Both the position numbers and the translations under genes were made by a program. A stretch of 64,000 nucleotides of DNA from Patescibacteria group bacterium. Lineage in GTDB: Bacteria > Patescibacteriota > Patescibacteriia > UBA9934. Every line of letters begins with the position of its first letter. The stretch's first letter is position 1. Below are positions 36,949 through 46,217 of the stretch, piece by piece. The notes under the pieces are model-generated. The model was given only the letters and a program-made list of their open reading frames with translations, did no database searches and was not told where the DNA came from. Location: contig JBAQTB010000003.1 of NCBI GenBank assembly GCA_049296775.1, positions 12,766 through 76,765 on the forward strand, in the 5' to 3' direction.

Positions 36949-37749
36949 ATGTCTGATTTTATCTTTATTTTAGGGGCGTTGGTAGCTGGTTTGCTGGCTG
37001 GTGGTATAGCTAACGCCAGAGTCATGCGGACTCAGAAGGGTTTGATTTTTACTACAAGCAAGGCTTGTTCAATTTGTGCTAAGCCCGCTCACGCTAAAGA
37101 ATATTTGCCGGTCTTTGGTTATTTTGCGGTGAAGGGTCGGTGTCATAAGTGCAAGGCGGTGATTCCGTGGCAGTATCCAGCGACGGAGGTAGTCTTTGCG
37201 GCGTTGTTTGTAGTCTTTGCGGCGCGTGCCATAAGTTTGTGGGGTTTGGAATTACCGCTCTACGCTTCAGCTGCAGAAGCAGTGCTGTTGTTCGTGCGTG
37301 ATGCCGTGGTGGTTTCAGCTTTGATTTTGATCTTTGTGTTTGATTATCGCGCCTCGATCATTCCGGACAGGTTGACGATTCCGGCCATGGTGGTTGCGAT
37401 TCTGTGTAATGTAGCGTTGGGCGTGCCGGTGACGGAGATTTTGCTCGGTGGCTTTTTGCTCGGTGGCTTCTTTGCTTTTCAGTTCCTGTTTTCTAAAGGC
37501 AAATGGGTGGGCGGGGGAGATATTCGCATGGGCATGTTGATGGGTTTCTTGTTGGGGCCGTGGTTGGGAGTTTTAGCTTTGTTGCTAGCGTATGCCGCCG
37601 GAGCGGTGGTCGGGGTTGGTTTGTTGATAGGCAAACAGCGCACTTTGGCTAGTCATGTGCCTTTTGGAACTTTCATGGCTTTAGCGACTGTGGTGACCAT
37701 GCTCTGGGGTCAGCAACTACTTGATTGGTATTTGGGATTTTTTAGCTAG
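36949..37749 (+). CDS. pilD: Prepilin peptidase (A24 family)
   Basis: N-terminal CxxC...CxxC zinc module (CSICAKP...CHKCKAV), IPWQYP, two catalytic Asp regions. Confidence 0.8.
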   Translation: MSDFIFILGALVAGLLAGGIANARVMRTQKGLIFTTSKACSICAKPAHAKEYLPVFGYFAVKGRCHKCKAVIPWQYPATEVVFAALFVVFAARAISLWGLELPLYASAAEAVLLFVRDAVVVSALILIFVFDYRASIIPDRLTIPAMVVAILCNVALGVPVTEILLGGFLLGGFFAFQFLFSKGKWVGGGDIRMGMLMGFLLGPWLGVLALLLAYAAGAVVGVGLLIGKQRTLASHVPFGTFMALATVVTMLWGQQLLDWYLGFFS

Positions 37750-37781
37750 TTGAGGGATTTTAATTAAGGTTTACTTAATTC

Positions 37782-38024
37782 GATACTTTCTTTACCAGAA
37801 AAGAAAGTATCCAAAGAAACTGCCCCGGCTTTAAGTCTGTCAGGGTTGAAGTTCGGCGTCACTCCGGGCAAACCTGAATTCGACTGATTGATATTCCTGA
37901 GCATCATCACTTGTCTATTTGAATCAGTCGACCAGGTTTGCTATTCCTGCGTTTCCGCCGAACTTCCAAATACGTCACCCCTGACAGACTCCGCCGGGGA
38001 TCTGCGAACCACCGCTTACCGCCG
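37782..38024 (+). ncRNA. Candidate structured RNA element, copy B, upstream of ligA
   Basis: Same 5' hairpin and nested helices P1-P4 as 29745..29990, with compensatory differences. Confidence 0.6.
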
Positions 38025-38075
38025 TGAAAAGTGGCTCGAGGGACGTGATTTTGAGTTGTCGTTTGGCCAGTTTAC

Positions 38076-40148
38076 ATGGTAATATTGGCCGGTATGGCTA
38101 GGTCTAAATCAGAGGCGGCGGAGAGGATTTTGAAGCTTAGGCAGCTGATTGATAAATACCGTTACGAGTACCATGTTTTGGATACTCAAGAGGTGTCTGA
38201 TGCGGTGAATGACTCATTGAAGCATGAGTTGTATCAGCTGGAGCAGGCCTATCCTGATTTGATTGTGGCCGATTCACCCACGCAAAGAATTGGCGGCAAG
38301 CCGCTGGATAAATTTAACAAGATTGAACATGTTTACCCCATGTTGTCCATGGAAGACGTGTTTAGTTTTGCGGAATTGGGTGATTGGGAGGCGCGGTTGT
38401 TGAAAATTCGTGAAGGTCAGTCAACTGATTATTACGCCATGTTGAAGATTGATGGTTTGGCGGTGTCGATTGTTTATCAGGATGGCTTGTTGGTTACAGC
38501 TGCGACCAGGGGTGACGGCAAGATAGGTGAAGAAGTGACTAACAATATTAAGACTATCGAGGCGGTGCCGCTGGCGTTGCGTGCACCTGATGAGGCTGAA
38601 TTGCAGTCATTGCAAGCGACTTTTGGTGTGTCGGCTGAAATGATTGAAAAAATCAGGTCACGTGTGGGGCGAATTGAGATTCGTGGCGAGGTGTATATGC
38701 CTAAGGCTGCCTTTGAGGCCATGAACCAGGAACGGGCCAAAAAGGGTGAAGAAACTTTTGCTAATCCGCGTAATGTGTCCGCCGGGAGTATCCGTCAGCT
38801 TGATCCGGCGATTGCGGCGAGTAGACCGCTTGATTACATGGCTTGGCGTTTAGAAACTGAGCTGGGTGAGATGACGCAAACTCTGGGGGTCGAGATTCTT
38901 AAATTGTTTGGTTTCAAGACTAGCATCGGCCAACAGTGTGAGAATTTAAAGGCGGTGAAAGCTTTTTTTGAGGCAATGGGGAAGAAACGTGACAAGTTGG
39001 ATTTTTGGATTGATGGCGTGGTCGTCAGGGTGAATGATAACGTGGCGTATAAACAATTGGGCGTAGTCGGTAAGACGCCGCGCGGTTTGGTGGCTTGGAA
39101 GTTTCCGGCTGAAGAAGCGACAACGGTGGTAGAGTCTGTGGATTGGTTTGTGGGTCGGACGGGTGCTTTGACGCCAGTAGCGACAGTTGCACCGACCTTT
39201 GTAGCGGGCACGACCGTGACACACGCCTCTCTGCATAATGCAGATGAGATTGAACGTTTAGGTTTACGTGTTGGCGATACCGTGATTTTGACAAAGGCGG
39301 GGGACATTATTCCCAAGATCATGAAGGTGTTAACGGAACTTAGAACCGGTCATGAGCAGCCGGTGATGATTCCGGAGCAGTGTCCGGTGTGTGATGCACC
39401 AACCAAACGAGTTGAAGGGGAAGTGGCGCTCATGTGTTCAAACACATCTTGTTACGCTAAAGAGCGCGAGAAAGTGCTTTACGCCGCTAGAGCTTTTGGG
39501 ATTGATGGCCTGGGCGACAGAATTGTAGAAAAATTACTGGATGCCGGGTTAGTAAAAACTCCGCCAGATATTTTCCGCCTGCAAGCTGCAGATTTTTTGG
39601 GCATTGAAGGTTTTGCTGAGCTGTCAGCTAAGAAACTTTATGATCAAATTCAGACTCGTAAAGACATCGAACTGGCGCCATTCATAGTGTCTCTGGGTGT
39701 GCGGCACGTGGGCGCAGAAACGGCGTTTGCTCTTAGCTTGGCGTTTGGCACCATCGATAATATTGCGTCAGCTAGTTTGGATGAGCTTGAACGCGTACCG
39801 GATGTGGGAGTAACTGTCGCGCAGTCTATTCACGAGTTTTTTCAGAGTGAACATGGCAAGCATATGATCAAGGATTTCGCCGAAGTCGGGGTTATGATTA
39901 AGCAGGCTAAGGCCATCAAACGGGTGCTGGATGGTCAGCGTTTTGTGGTGACTGGGACTTTAGAGTCGATTGGTCGGGAGGAGGCTAAAGACAAGATCCG
40001 CCTTTTGGGCGGCAATGTCTCGGAATCCGTCAGTAAAAAGACTGATTTTGTGGTGGTTGGTGAGAATCCGGGCTCAAAAGCTGACAAAGCGCAGGAATTA
40101 GGGGTCAAGATCTTGTCGGAAGCAGAATTTTTGCGTATGCTCGCTTGA
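38076..40148 (+). CDS. ligA: NAD-dependent DNA ligase
   Basis: Adenylation domain KxDG (MLKIDGLAV), OB, Zn finger (CPVCDAPTKRVEGEVALMCSN), HhH, BRCT. Alternative start at 38094. Confidence 0.95.
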   Translation: MVILAGMARSKSEAAERILKLRQLIDKYRYEYHVLDTQEVSDAVNDSLKHELYQLEQAYPDLIVADSPTQRIGGKPLDKFNKIEHVYPMLSMEDVFSFAELGDWEARLLKIREGQSTDYYAMLKIDGLAVSIVYQDGLLVTAATRGDGKIGEEVTNNIKTIEAVPLALRAPDEAELQSLQATFGVSAEMIEKIRSRVGRIEIRGEVYMPKAAFEAMNQERAKKGEETFANPRNVSAGSIRQLDPAIAASRPLDYMAWRLETELGEMTQTLGVEILKLFGFKTSIGQQCENLKAVKAFFEAMGKKRDKLDFWIDGVVVRVNDNVAYKQLGVVGKTPRGLVAWKFPAEEATTVVESVDWFVGRTGALTPVATVAPTFVAGTTVTHASLHNADEIERLGLRVGDTVILTKAGDIIPKIMKVLTELRTGHEQPVMIPEQCPVCDAPTKRVEGEVALMCSNTSCYAKEREKVLYAARAFGIDGLGDRIVEKLLDAGLVKTPPDIFRLQAADFLGIEGFAELSAKKLYDQIQTRKDIELAPFIVSLGVRHVGAETAFALSLAFGTIDNIASASLDELERVPDVGVTVAQSIHEFFQSEHGKHMIKDFAEVGVMIKQAKAIKRVLDGQRFVVTGTLESIGREEAKDKIRLLGGNVSESVSKKTDFVVVGENPGSKADKAQELGVKILSEAEFLRMLA

Positions 40149-40183
40149 TTATTTTGATTTATTAGCACCCGAGCTCGTTACAT

Positions 40184-40786
40184 ATGGGAAATATTATTTT
40201 GACGTCAAGTTTCAGTACTGTCGCTAAGGAATTGTATGAGAAGGGATTATTGCCGCATGAACCTGTTAAGGTGGGTTTCGTGACGACGGCGGCTGATCCT
40301 TATAAAAATAAGCCCTGGATGGAGGCAGATCGAAAAGCTCTGATCGATCTCGGTTATGCGGTTATCGATATTGATTTGAAAGATAAAACCTCCACTGAGC
40401 TTCAGATAGTATTTAACGACACTCGGATTCTTTTTATTGCAGGTGGGAATGCCCCCTTTCTTGTTGAGCACGCTCATCGATCAGGGCTTCGGGAGGTCAT
40501 AAAAAAGGCCTTGGACGACGGTGAGCTTTTCATTGGCTCGAGTGCTGGATCAATTTTGGCGGGACCAAGTGTCGAACCATTCGTCGAAGAGGACGCCGCC
40601 GAGCTCCCAAAGACGTTTTCACTTCAGAACTCGAGCTGCCTGGGGCTCGTTGATTACATTGTTCTGCCACACTACCCGCATTACGCTCAGCGAAACGATA
40701 AACTAGCCGAACAATATGGAAAGCAATACAAATTTCAGAAGTTGAACGATCGTGAATATCGTGTTGAAACATCTAACGATATTTAA
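40184..40786 (+). CDS. Peptidase S51 family (dipeptidase E / cyanophycinase-like)
   Basis: ILFIAGGNAPFL and FIGSSAGSILAG (catalytic Ser region). Confidence 0.6.
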   Translation: MGNIILTSSFSTVAKELYEKGLLPHEPVKVGFVTTAADPYKNKPWMEADRKALIDLGYAVIDIDLKDKTSTELQIVFNDTRILFIAGGNAPFLVEHAHRSGLREVIKKALDDGELFIGSSAGSILAGPSVEPFVEEDAAELPKTFSLQNSSCLGLVDYIVLPHYPHYAQRNDKLAEQYGKQYKFQKLNDREYRVETSNDI

Positions 40787-40800
40787 GTGATGAATGAGAA

Positions 40801-41346
40801 CTATTTTCTCACGTTACGATCCACCCAGCCAGAGGTGCATAGGTATCCCACCGCAGCGATGCTGGGGCTGTCATGTATGCTTCCATCGTTGATCATTTGG
40901 CAGAGTTCCGCATAAGTCACGTGACGAGATTCGATGCCCTCTTCGCCTTCATCTGGTTCCGCTTCCCCGGCGACAAGGTCGGTTGCGAGATAAATGTCCA
41001 TTGATTGCGTGCTGCTTCCATTGGCGAGAAAGACTTTGCCGATATGCTCATAGGCGCCAGCCGAGAACCCAGTTTCTTGTTTAAGTTCGAGTTTTGCAGC
41101 TTCATCCATCGAGACATCGGCAACACTTCCGGCAGGGAATTCCCAGGATGCTCTGTTGATCACGTAGCGATAGAGCTTGACCAGTACGAAGCGTTCCCCG
41201 TCCCAAGGCAGGACCATGGCACAGGGTTTCTGGTGAATGACACTCCAGGTTAATGATTTTCCGGCTTCTGTGATGACCTTATCTTCTGTAATTCTCAACC
41301 ACGGGCTCTGGTATCTTTCTTGGTAGGATAGTTGTTTCCAGGCCAT
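40801..41346 (-). CDS. NUDIX hydrolase (ADP-ribose pyrophosphatase-like)
   Basis: Nudix box WEFPAGSVADVSMDEAAKLELKQETG. Start taken at MAWKQ. Confidence 0.75.
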   Translation of the reverse strand: MAWKQLSYQERYQSPWLRITEDKVITEAGKSLTWSVIHQKPCAMVLPWDGERFVLVKLYRYVINRASWEFPAGSVADVSMDEAAKLELKQETGFSAGAYEHIGKVFLANGSSTQSMDIYLATDLVAGEAEPDEGEEGIESRHVTYAELCQMINDGSIHDSPSIAAVGYLCTSGWVDRNVRK

Positions 41347-41550
41347 AGAAGTTTGATGGGGAAGGTATGATAGCACTCAGTATTCATGCTGAATACTTGA
41401 CTGTCAACGGGCTAAATTTAGATGAACGAGCTAGATTTGATTTTTTTGTTTAAAATCAGTACATTATGGTCGAGTAGTAGGCGGGTTAAGGTGAGGGGCG
41501 GGTTATCGGCGGCATGTGTATGAGGACGTAAATATCGATAGTAAATTGTT

Positions 41551-41832
41551 ATGGACATTAATCTTGATCACGTGGCTAAATTGGCCAAGCTTAAATTGAC
41601 TGAGGTTGAAAAAGAGGCGCTGGGTCGGCAGTTGCCAGCCATTGTGGAGTATGTGGCCAAGTTGCAGGAGGTCGATACTACAAATATCGATCCTAAGGCT
41701 TATCTGACGGAGGCTACGAATGTCTTTAGGGCAGATGAACAGACCACCACCCAGTCGGAGAGAGATGCGGCGGTGGCGGCGTTTCCTAAGAGTACCGGCG
41801 ACGCCTTGGAGGTTCCAGGCATTTTTCACTAG
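41551..41832 (+). CDS. gatC: Asp/Glu-tRNA(Asn/Gln) amidotransferase subunit C
   Basis: 93 aa; LAKLKLTEVEKE...VEYV. Confidence 0.85.
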   Translation: MDINLDHVAKLAKLKLTEVEKEALGRQLPAIVEYVAKLQEVDTTNIDPKAYLTEATNVFRADEQTTTQSERDAAVAAFPKSTGDALEVPGIFH

Positions 41833-41856
41833 TCAAAGTCGCAAGTTGCAAATTGT

Positions 41857-43305
41857 ATGCGTGAATTTATAACCGTTAAAGCTATTCGTGAGGCCGTGGC
41901 AGAGGGAACTGTGACCGCGGAAGAGGTAGTCAAGAATGCTTTGGCTAAAATTGAGGCTGAGGATCCAAAAATTGGAGCTTTTGTGGAAGTGTACGCCGAG
42001 GCGGCTTTAGCCAAGGCTAGGGAGATTGATGCCATGAAGGCGCGTGGGGATGTTTTGCCGCGTTTAGCCGGTGTGCCGGTAGCCATTAAGGACAATATGT
42101 TGCAGGCGGGCCGTAAGGCCAGTGCTGGGGCGATGATTTTGCGTGATTACACGTCTTCTTACACCGCCACGGCCGTGGAGCGCTTGGAGCAGGCCGGTGC
42201 GATTATTTTGGGCCGTACCAACATGGACGAATTTGCCATGGGTTCTTCAACTGAGACTTCAGCTTTTCAGAAGACGCATAATCCTTGGGATGAATCCAGG
42301 ATTCCAGGTGGATCATCTGGCGGCTCGGCGGCAGCGGTCGCGGCTGGCTTTGTGGCGGCTGCTTTGGGTACGGATACGGGTGGATCAATCCGTCAACCAG
42401 CGGCCATGTGTGGCGTAGTTGGTCTAAAGCCGACGTATGGACGAGTGTCACGCTACGGCATAATTGCTTTGGCCTCGAGCTTAGATCAGGTTGGACCTTT
42501 TACGCATACCGTAGAGGACGCGATGTTGATCATGGAAGTGATTGAGGGTCGGGATGTTCATGATGGTACGTCGGTGGATTTGGCGGATAAGCCGGTAGCA
42601 GAATTATTGGCCCCGAGTTTGGCGGGTATGAAAGTTGGCGTACCCAAAGAATACTTTATTGATGGCATGGATCCTGAGGTGCGCGCTAGAGTAGAGGAGG
42701 CCATTCAGGTGTTCAAGGATCAGGGTGCGGAGATTGTGGAGTTATCTTTGCCGCTCACGCCATACGCACTTGCAACTTATTACATTATTCAGCCGGCTGA
42801 AGCGAGCAGTAACTTGGCGCGGTATGACGGCATGCGATATGGCACTAGAGCGCCGGGAGCTTTGGAAGAGTCTTACCTAGCGGCTAGAAGTGAAGGCTTT
42901 GGCTTGGAGGTCAAGCGCCGTATCATGTTAGGTTCATTTATTTTGTCAGCCGGTTATTACGATGCTTTTTACAAGAAGGCTTTGGCGGTAAGAAATGCTT
43001 TGCGCAAAGAGTTCGATGAGGCGTTTAAGCAAGTAGACATTATCGTAGGTCCAACTGCGCCGGGCACGGCTTGGAAGTTGGGGGAGAAGTTTAATGATCC
43101 TTTGGCGATGTATTTGGCGGACGTGTTCACGACTCCGGCTAACATTACAGGTTTACCCGGTATGTCTGTGCCGTGCGGTTTTGCAAACGGTATGCCGGTC
43201 GGCTTACAGATACAGGCCAAACCGTTTAACGAGTTAGCGTTGTATACTGCAGCTGGTGCTTATCAGGCTGTGACCGATTGGCATACACAAGTTCCTCAAG
43301 CTTAG
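41857..43305 (+). CDS. gatA: Glu-tRNA(Gln) amidotransferase subunit A
   Basis: Amidase signature (GGSSGGSAAAVAAG), catalytic Ser-cisSer-Lys region; 482 aa. Confidence 0.93.
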   Translation: MREFITVKAIREAVAEGTVTAEEVVKNALAKIEAEDPKIGAFVEVYAEAALAKAREIDAMKARGDVLPRLAGVPVAIKDNMLQAGRKASAGAMILRDYTSSYTATAVERLEQAGAIILGRTNMDEFAMGSSTETSAFQKTHNPWDESRIPGGSSGGSAAAVAAGFVAAALGTDTGGSIRQPAAMCGVVGLKPTYGRVSRYGIIALASSLDQVGPFTHTVEDAMLIMEVIEGRDVHDGTSVDLADKPVAELLAPSLAGMKVGVPKEYFIDGMDPEVRARVEEAIQVFKDQGAEIVELSLPLTPYALATYYIIQPAEASSNLARYDGMRYGTRAPGALEESYLAARSEGFGLEVKRRIMLGSFILSAGYYDAFYKKALAVRNALRKEFDEAFKQVDIIVGPTAPGTAWKLGEKFNDPLAMYLADVFTTPANITGLPGMSVPCGFANGMPVGLQIQAKPFNELALYTAAGAYQAVTDWHTQVPQA

Positions 43306-43307
43306 CC

Positions 43308-43772
43308 ATGGATTTTTCCGCCCAGCTCACCGCGATGTTCATGAGTGCGCTGCCATCAATTGTGCTGGGCCTGGTTTTTGTGGCCTTGGCCTTTTTGGCG
43401 GTGATTTATGGCCGTCGATTGATGCGCCGATTACAGTTTAAGGATGCCGCCAAGGAGCGTATCTGGCAGGCGTGGACAGAGGTGGAAGAACACGTGGCGG
43501 ACGGGGACGATACGCATCTACGTATGGCTATCATTCAAGCGGATGCGGTGTTGGACATGGCATTGCAAGCTAAGCAGTTTCCGGGTCGATCACTCAATGA
43601 CAGACTGAATTTTGCGATTAACAAATACAGGCGTTTGAAGTTAGTCCGGCCGGCGCATGGCTTGAGAAATCGTTTAGCACATGAGCCGTTGTTGCAACTC
43701 AAACGCAAGGAAGGCGTAGCGGCTATCGCCAGTTTTAAACACGCCTTACGCGAACTCGGCGCCTTGCCTTAG
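43308..43772 (+). CDS. Hypothetical membrane protein
   Basis: One N-terminal TM helix (ALPSIVLGLVFVALAFLAVIYG). The ORF-track start 43278 is TTG; the ATG is at 43308. Confidence 0.4.
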   Translation: MDFSAQLTAMFMSALPSIVLGLVFVALAFLAVIYGRRLMRRLQFKDAAKERIWQAWTEVEEHVADGDDTHLRMAIIQADAVLDMALQAKQFPGRSLNDRLNFAINKYRRLKLVRPAHGLRNRLAHEPLLQLKRKEGVAAIASFKHALRELGALP

Positions 43773-43836
43773 GCCGTTTGTACCTCTTCACTCTAAATTC
43801 TAATCTCTAAAATCTAAAGTCTTTCCTATATTCACT

Positions 43837-44589
43837 ATGTTGCCGTACCTCGAATGGCGCGTCATTCAACTCGGACCGATCAACTTGCAAGTTTGGGGCA
43901 TGTTTGTGGGTTTAGGTTTTTTGTTGGGGGCCGTGGCAGCAGCTTGGTTAGCTAAAAGACGTGGTCAAGACAGTAAATTAGTTTTCGATATTTTACCTTG
44001 GTTGATTTTTGCGGGGATTGTTGGGGGGAGGCTGGGGCATGTGTTTTTTTATGACTGGAGTTATTTTGCTCAACACCCTTTGGAGATTTTTGCGGTCTGG
44101 CAGGGGGGAGCCTCGATTTTTGGCGGTTTGATTGCTTGTTTGGCGGTGGGGATTTGGTATTTGCGCCGTCGTCAGTTGGACGTGATGGCGTATGCTGACA
44201 CTTTAATTTTCGGTTTACCATTTGGGCTGTGGATTGGCAGGATCGGCTGTTTTTTGATTCACGATCATCCGGGTACGGCCACTGATTTTGTCTTGGGCGT
44301 TAAGTATCCAGATGGAATTGTCAGACATGATCACGGTTTATATTTATCGATCAACGGTTTTTTGATGGCGATGACTTTTTTATGGTTAGCCAGAAAACCA
44401 AGACCGGTTGGTCTGTATTTGGCGATTTTTGCTATTTGGTACGGCGTAGTCAGATTTGGTCTGGATTTCTACCGCGTGGCGGATACGAAGTACGCGGGTT
44501 TAACTCCGGCGCAGTATTTTTGCGTGGCGTTAGTGGCGGCTGGTGTAGGGGTGTTGGTGTGGATAAACAAGAGGTTAAAAAGGGGCTAA
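43837..44589 (+). CDS. lgt: Prolipoprotein diacylglyceryl transferase
   Basis: Lgt signature GGRLGHVFFY, GGLIA, GRIGCF. Confidence 0.9.
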   Translation: MLPYLEWRVIQLGPINLQVWGMFVGLGFLLGAVAAAWLAKRRGQDSKLVFDILPWLIFAGIVGGRLGHVFFYDWSYFAQHPLEIFAVWQGGASIFGGLIACLAVGIWYLRRRQLDVMAYADTLIFGLPFGLWIGRIGCFLIHDHPGTATDFVLGVKYPDGIVRHDHGLYLSINGFLMAMTFLWLARKPRPVGLYLAIFAIWYGVVRFGLDFYRVADTKYAGLTPAQYFCVALVAAGVGVLVWINKRLKRG

Positions 44590-44694
44590 ACCAGTACAAT
44601 GCGGGTATTCAATGCTTGAATTTTGGGGGATCTGATGGTGTACGCCATCCGGGCTAGTCAGCTTTCAGCATTTGATTATTTCACCTAATGTTTT

Positions 44695-45417
44695 ATGAAT
44701 GAACAACAGACGCCTAAAGGTTTCTTTGACGGCAATCCTAAGATGCTTTTTGCCTTCGGTTTGGTGACCGGTATCGCTTTGTCATTGATCTTGAATAATT
44801 TCGCTGGTGTAGCTATTGCGTCACCAGGAGGCAATGATCGTGGCACGGTGGCAGTTAACACGCAGCCAACCACAGTGCCAGACACGCAGCCAGCTGGTCA
44901 GTTGGCCGCAGCTACCAAGGAAGATCACGTGCGTGGCGACCTTAATAAAGCCAAAGTAGTTGTGATTGAGTATTCAGATTTTGAATGTCCATTCTGTGGT
45001 CAGCATCATCCGACTATGCAGCAGATGGATGATGAGTATGGCGATGAAGTGGCCTGGGTTTACAGACATTTCCCTCTCTCTTTCCATCCAGAAGCTAATC
45101 CATCCGCCTTGGCGAGTGAATGTGCGGCTGAGCAGGGTAAGTTCTGGGAGTATGCCGATGAACTCTTTGCTAACCAGACTACTTTGAGCACGAGCTATTA
45201 CGGTCAGTTAGCCGGTGAGCTCGGCTTGAACCAGAAGAAGTTTGATGAGTGTTTGAGCACAGCTAAGTATCAGGCTGTAGTTGACTCACACGCTGCTGGT
45301 GGTGCTGCCGCTGGTGTCAACGGAACTCCAGCAACTTTCATCAACGGTCAGATGATCTCAGGCGCCGTGCCTTACGCCTCACTTAAGACAGTCATCGATG
45401 CCGAGCTAGCTAAGTAA
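44695..45417 (+). CDS. DsbA-family thiol:disulfide oxidoreductase (membrane-anchored)
   Basis: N-terminal TM helix, thioredoxin CPFC active site, DsbA-like helical insertion. Confidence 0.75.
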   Translation: MNEQQTPKGFFDGNPKMLFAFGLVTGIALSLILNNFAGVAIASPGGNDRGTVAVNTQPTTVPDTQPAGQLAAATKEDHVRGDLNKAKVVVIEYSDFECPFCGQHHPTMQQMDDEYGDEVAWVYRHFPLSFHPEANPSALASECAAEQGKFWEYADELFANQTTLSTSYYGQLAGELGLNQKKFDECLSTAKYQAVVDSHAAGGAAAGVNGTPATFINGQMISGAVPYASLKTVIDAELAK

Positions 45418-45430
45418 TCACTTAGATTGA

Positions 45431-45465
45431 AAAAACACTCCGTCAATTGGCGGAGTGTTTTGTAT
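45431..45465 (+). terminator. Intrinsic terminator after the DsbA-like gene
   Basis: acactccg/cggagtgt stem, loop tcaattgg, then UUUGUAU. Confidence 0.6.
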
Positions 45466-45517
45466 AAAAAAGCGCACCCGTCAGACGAGCGGCGCTTCTG
45501 AGACTGCAATGCCTCAG

Positions 45518-45970
45518 TTACGCCGTCGGGCCTGTACGAGTGCGTGAGTCGCGCTGACGTGTCGTTGCGCGGTCGATAGCTATGCTGTTGACCGTGCGCG
45601 GCGTTTTGCCGTCTAGTCCAAGTTCATGCGGAAGCGTAGCATCGCCGAATTGAATCAGCGGACAGATCTCACGCTGAAAATTGAGATAGGTGGGCGGATT
45701 CTTGGTGGCGCCAGCGATTCGCAAGATTCGGTGGCCCGTGCCGATGTAGCAGAGGCCGAGGTGGATTTTCGACCCACTGTCGTGGATGGCGATGCCGAAC
45801 GGTGGCACTTTTCCATCAAACAAGGCGCCGGCAACTTGCGCGGCCGGTACGTAGACTTGTGGTGCCACCAGGTAGTGTAGGAGTCCAGGGATTTGATCTC
45901 CCCAGGCGTCGCGCATGCTTTTGTGTAAGTTCGTGGCGGTTTCGATAACGGCTACCTCGATTGGTCCCAT
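45518..45970 (-). CDS. Hypothetical protein
   Basis: About 150 aa. The ORF-track start 45988 is TTG; the first ATG (MGPIEV) is at 45970. The C-terminal coding runs through a GC-rich hairpin region. Confidence 0.35.
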   Translation of the reverse strand: MGPIEVAVIETATNLHKSMRDAWGDQIPGLLHYLVAPQVYVPAAQVAGALFDGKVPPFGIAIHDSGSKIHLGLCYIGTGHRILRIAGATKNPPTYLNFQREICPLIQFGDATLPHELGLDGKTPRTVNSIAIDRATTRQRDSRTRTGPTA

Positions 45971-46068
45971 TTTACCCCCAAGATTCAAATGCCGCAGTAT
46001 GCAGATTTGAACGCTCGATATTACTAACTTTTCAGGCAGAAGTCAAGGCAAGAGAGATTGATTAAAGT

Positions 46069-46126
46069 AAGTCCTTTCCTTCAGCTTCGTTCAGGACAGG
46101 CGGCATCCGCCTCAGGATGGTAATGA
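46069..46126. repeat. Second copy of the taagtcctt...ggcatccgcctcaggatggt(a)atg motif
   Basis: Shares a 9+24-nt core with 16488..16521. Lies at the distal end of the tRNA-Pro-linked repeat array. Confidence 0.5.
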
Positions 46127-46217
46127 CGATTGAGATTAAAGAGAAATAGAAATTTAAAGTTATGAAATGTTGGAGTTTGATATTGGCGATCATGAACGAT
46201 TTGAAAACCTGTGTGTC

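Noticed and set aside
29745-38024. MITE / IS remnant or group I/II intron interpretation of the two-copy roughly 245-nt element
   Set aside because: No terminal inverted repeats, no target-site duplication, no ORF, and it is too short for a group II intron. The compensatory base changes in four helices point to RNA-level selection instead.
37888-38082. 64-aa ORF overlapping the structured element upstream of ligA
   Set aside because: It lies inside the conserved RNA element, has no RBS and a Cys/Ser-rich low-complexity product.
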